This document shows, piece by piece, positions 63,659 through 64,000 of a stretch of DNA of 64,000 bases; position 1 is the first letter of the stretch, and each line of letters begins with the position of its first letter. This DNA is from Eledone cirrhosa. Taxonomy: Eukaryota. The position numbers were made by a program, and so were the translations under genes. Location: NCBI GenBank assembly GCA_964016885.1, contig OZ024754.1, positions 434,001 through 498,000 on the forward strand, read 5' to 3'. The notes under the pieces are model-generated. The model was not told where the DNA came from and did no database searches. It worked only from the letters and a program-made list of their open reading frames with translations.

Positions 63659-64000
63659 CGTGTGTGTGCATATGTGCATGTGTGTGTGTGTGTGTGAGAG
63701 CGTGCGTGCGTGTGTGTGTATGTGTGTCACATCAGGCCAGGATACTAGCCAGAGTCACAGTATTGTGCAGTATTGCAGGAGAGAGAGAGAGTGTATATGT
63801 ATGTATGTATATGAGAGAATGTGTGTGTGTGTATGTGTGTATATGTATATATATGAGAGAATGTGTATGTATGTGTGTATATGTATATATATGAGAGAAT
63901 GTGTGTGTGTGTATATGTATATGTATATATATGAGAGAATGTGTGTGTGTATATGTATATATATATGAGAGAATGTGTGTGTGTGTATGTGTGTATATGT
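63340..64000. repeat. (GT)n/(AT)n/(GA)n compound microsatellite
   Basis: Visible dinucleotide runs. Confidence 0.9.

Overview
AT-rich, repeat-dense eukaryotic (animal) genomic DNA. The SINE/MITE repertoire and microsatellite load suggest an octopod cephalopod; this is inference from recall, not a database result. Five intron-containing genes can be assembled by hand with GT-AG junctions and matching phases: NDUFB11 (-), ATRIP (+), TXNL4B/Dim2 (-, absent from the ORF track because its exons are short), TRMT10C/MRPP1 (+), and a ~2967-aa protein with 12 C2H2/C2HC zinc fingers and ZFP91-like terminal fingers (-). They form two head-to-head pairs (NDUFB11/ATRIP, TXNL4B/TRMT10C). Introns and intergenic DNA carry tRNA-derived SINEs, TTAA piggyBac-type MITEs, mariner and hAT MITEs, RTE and CRE retrotransposon fragments and more than 15 locus-specific minisatellites. 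Most notable: (i) four minimal Penelope-type hammerhead ribozyme motifs from three families, two of them inside one TRMT10C intron; (ii) several minisatellites that visibly grew out of transposon fragments, including a 2.7-kb array made from a mariner terminal region; (iii) structured-RNA candidates in TXNL4B intron 1; (iv) a CTCF-like YxF motif in the giant zinc-finger protein. There is no CRISPR array or prokaryotic system.
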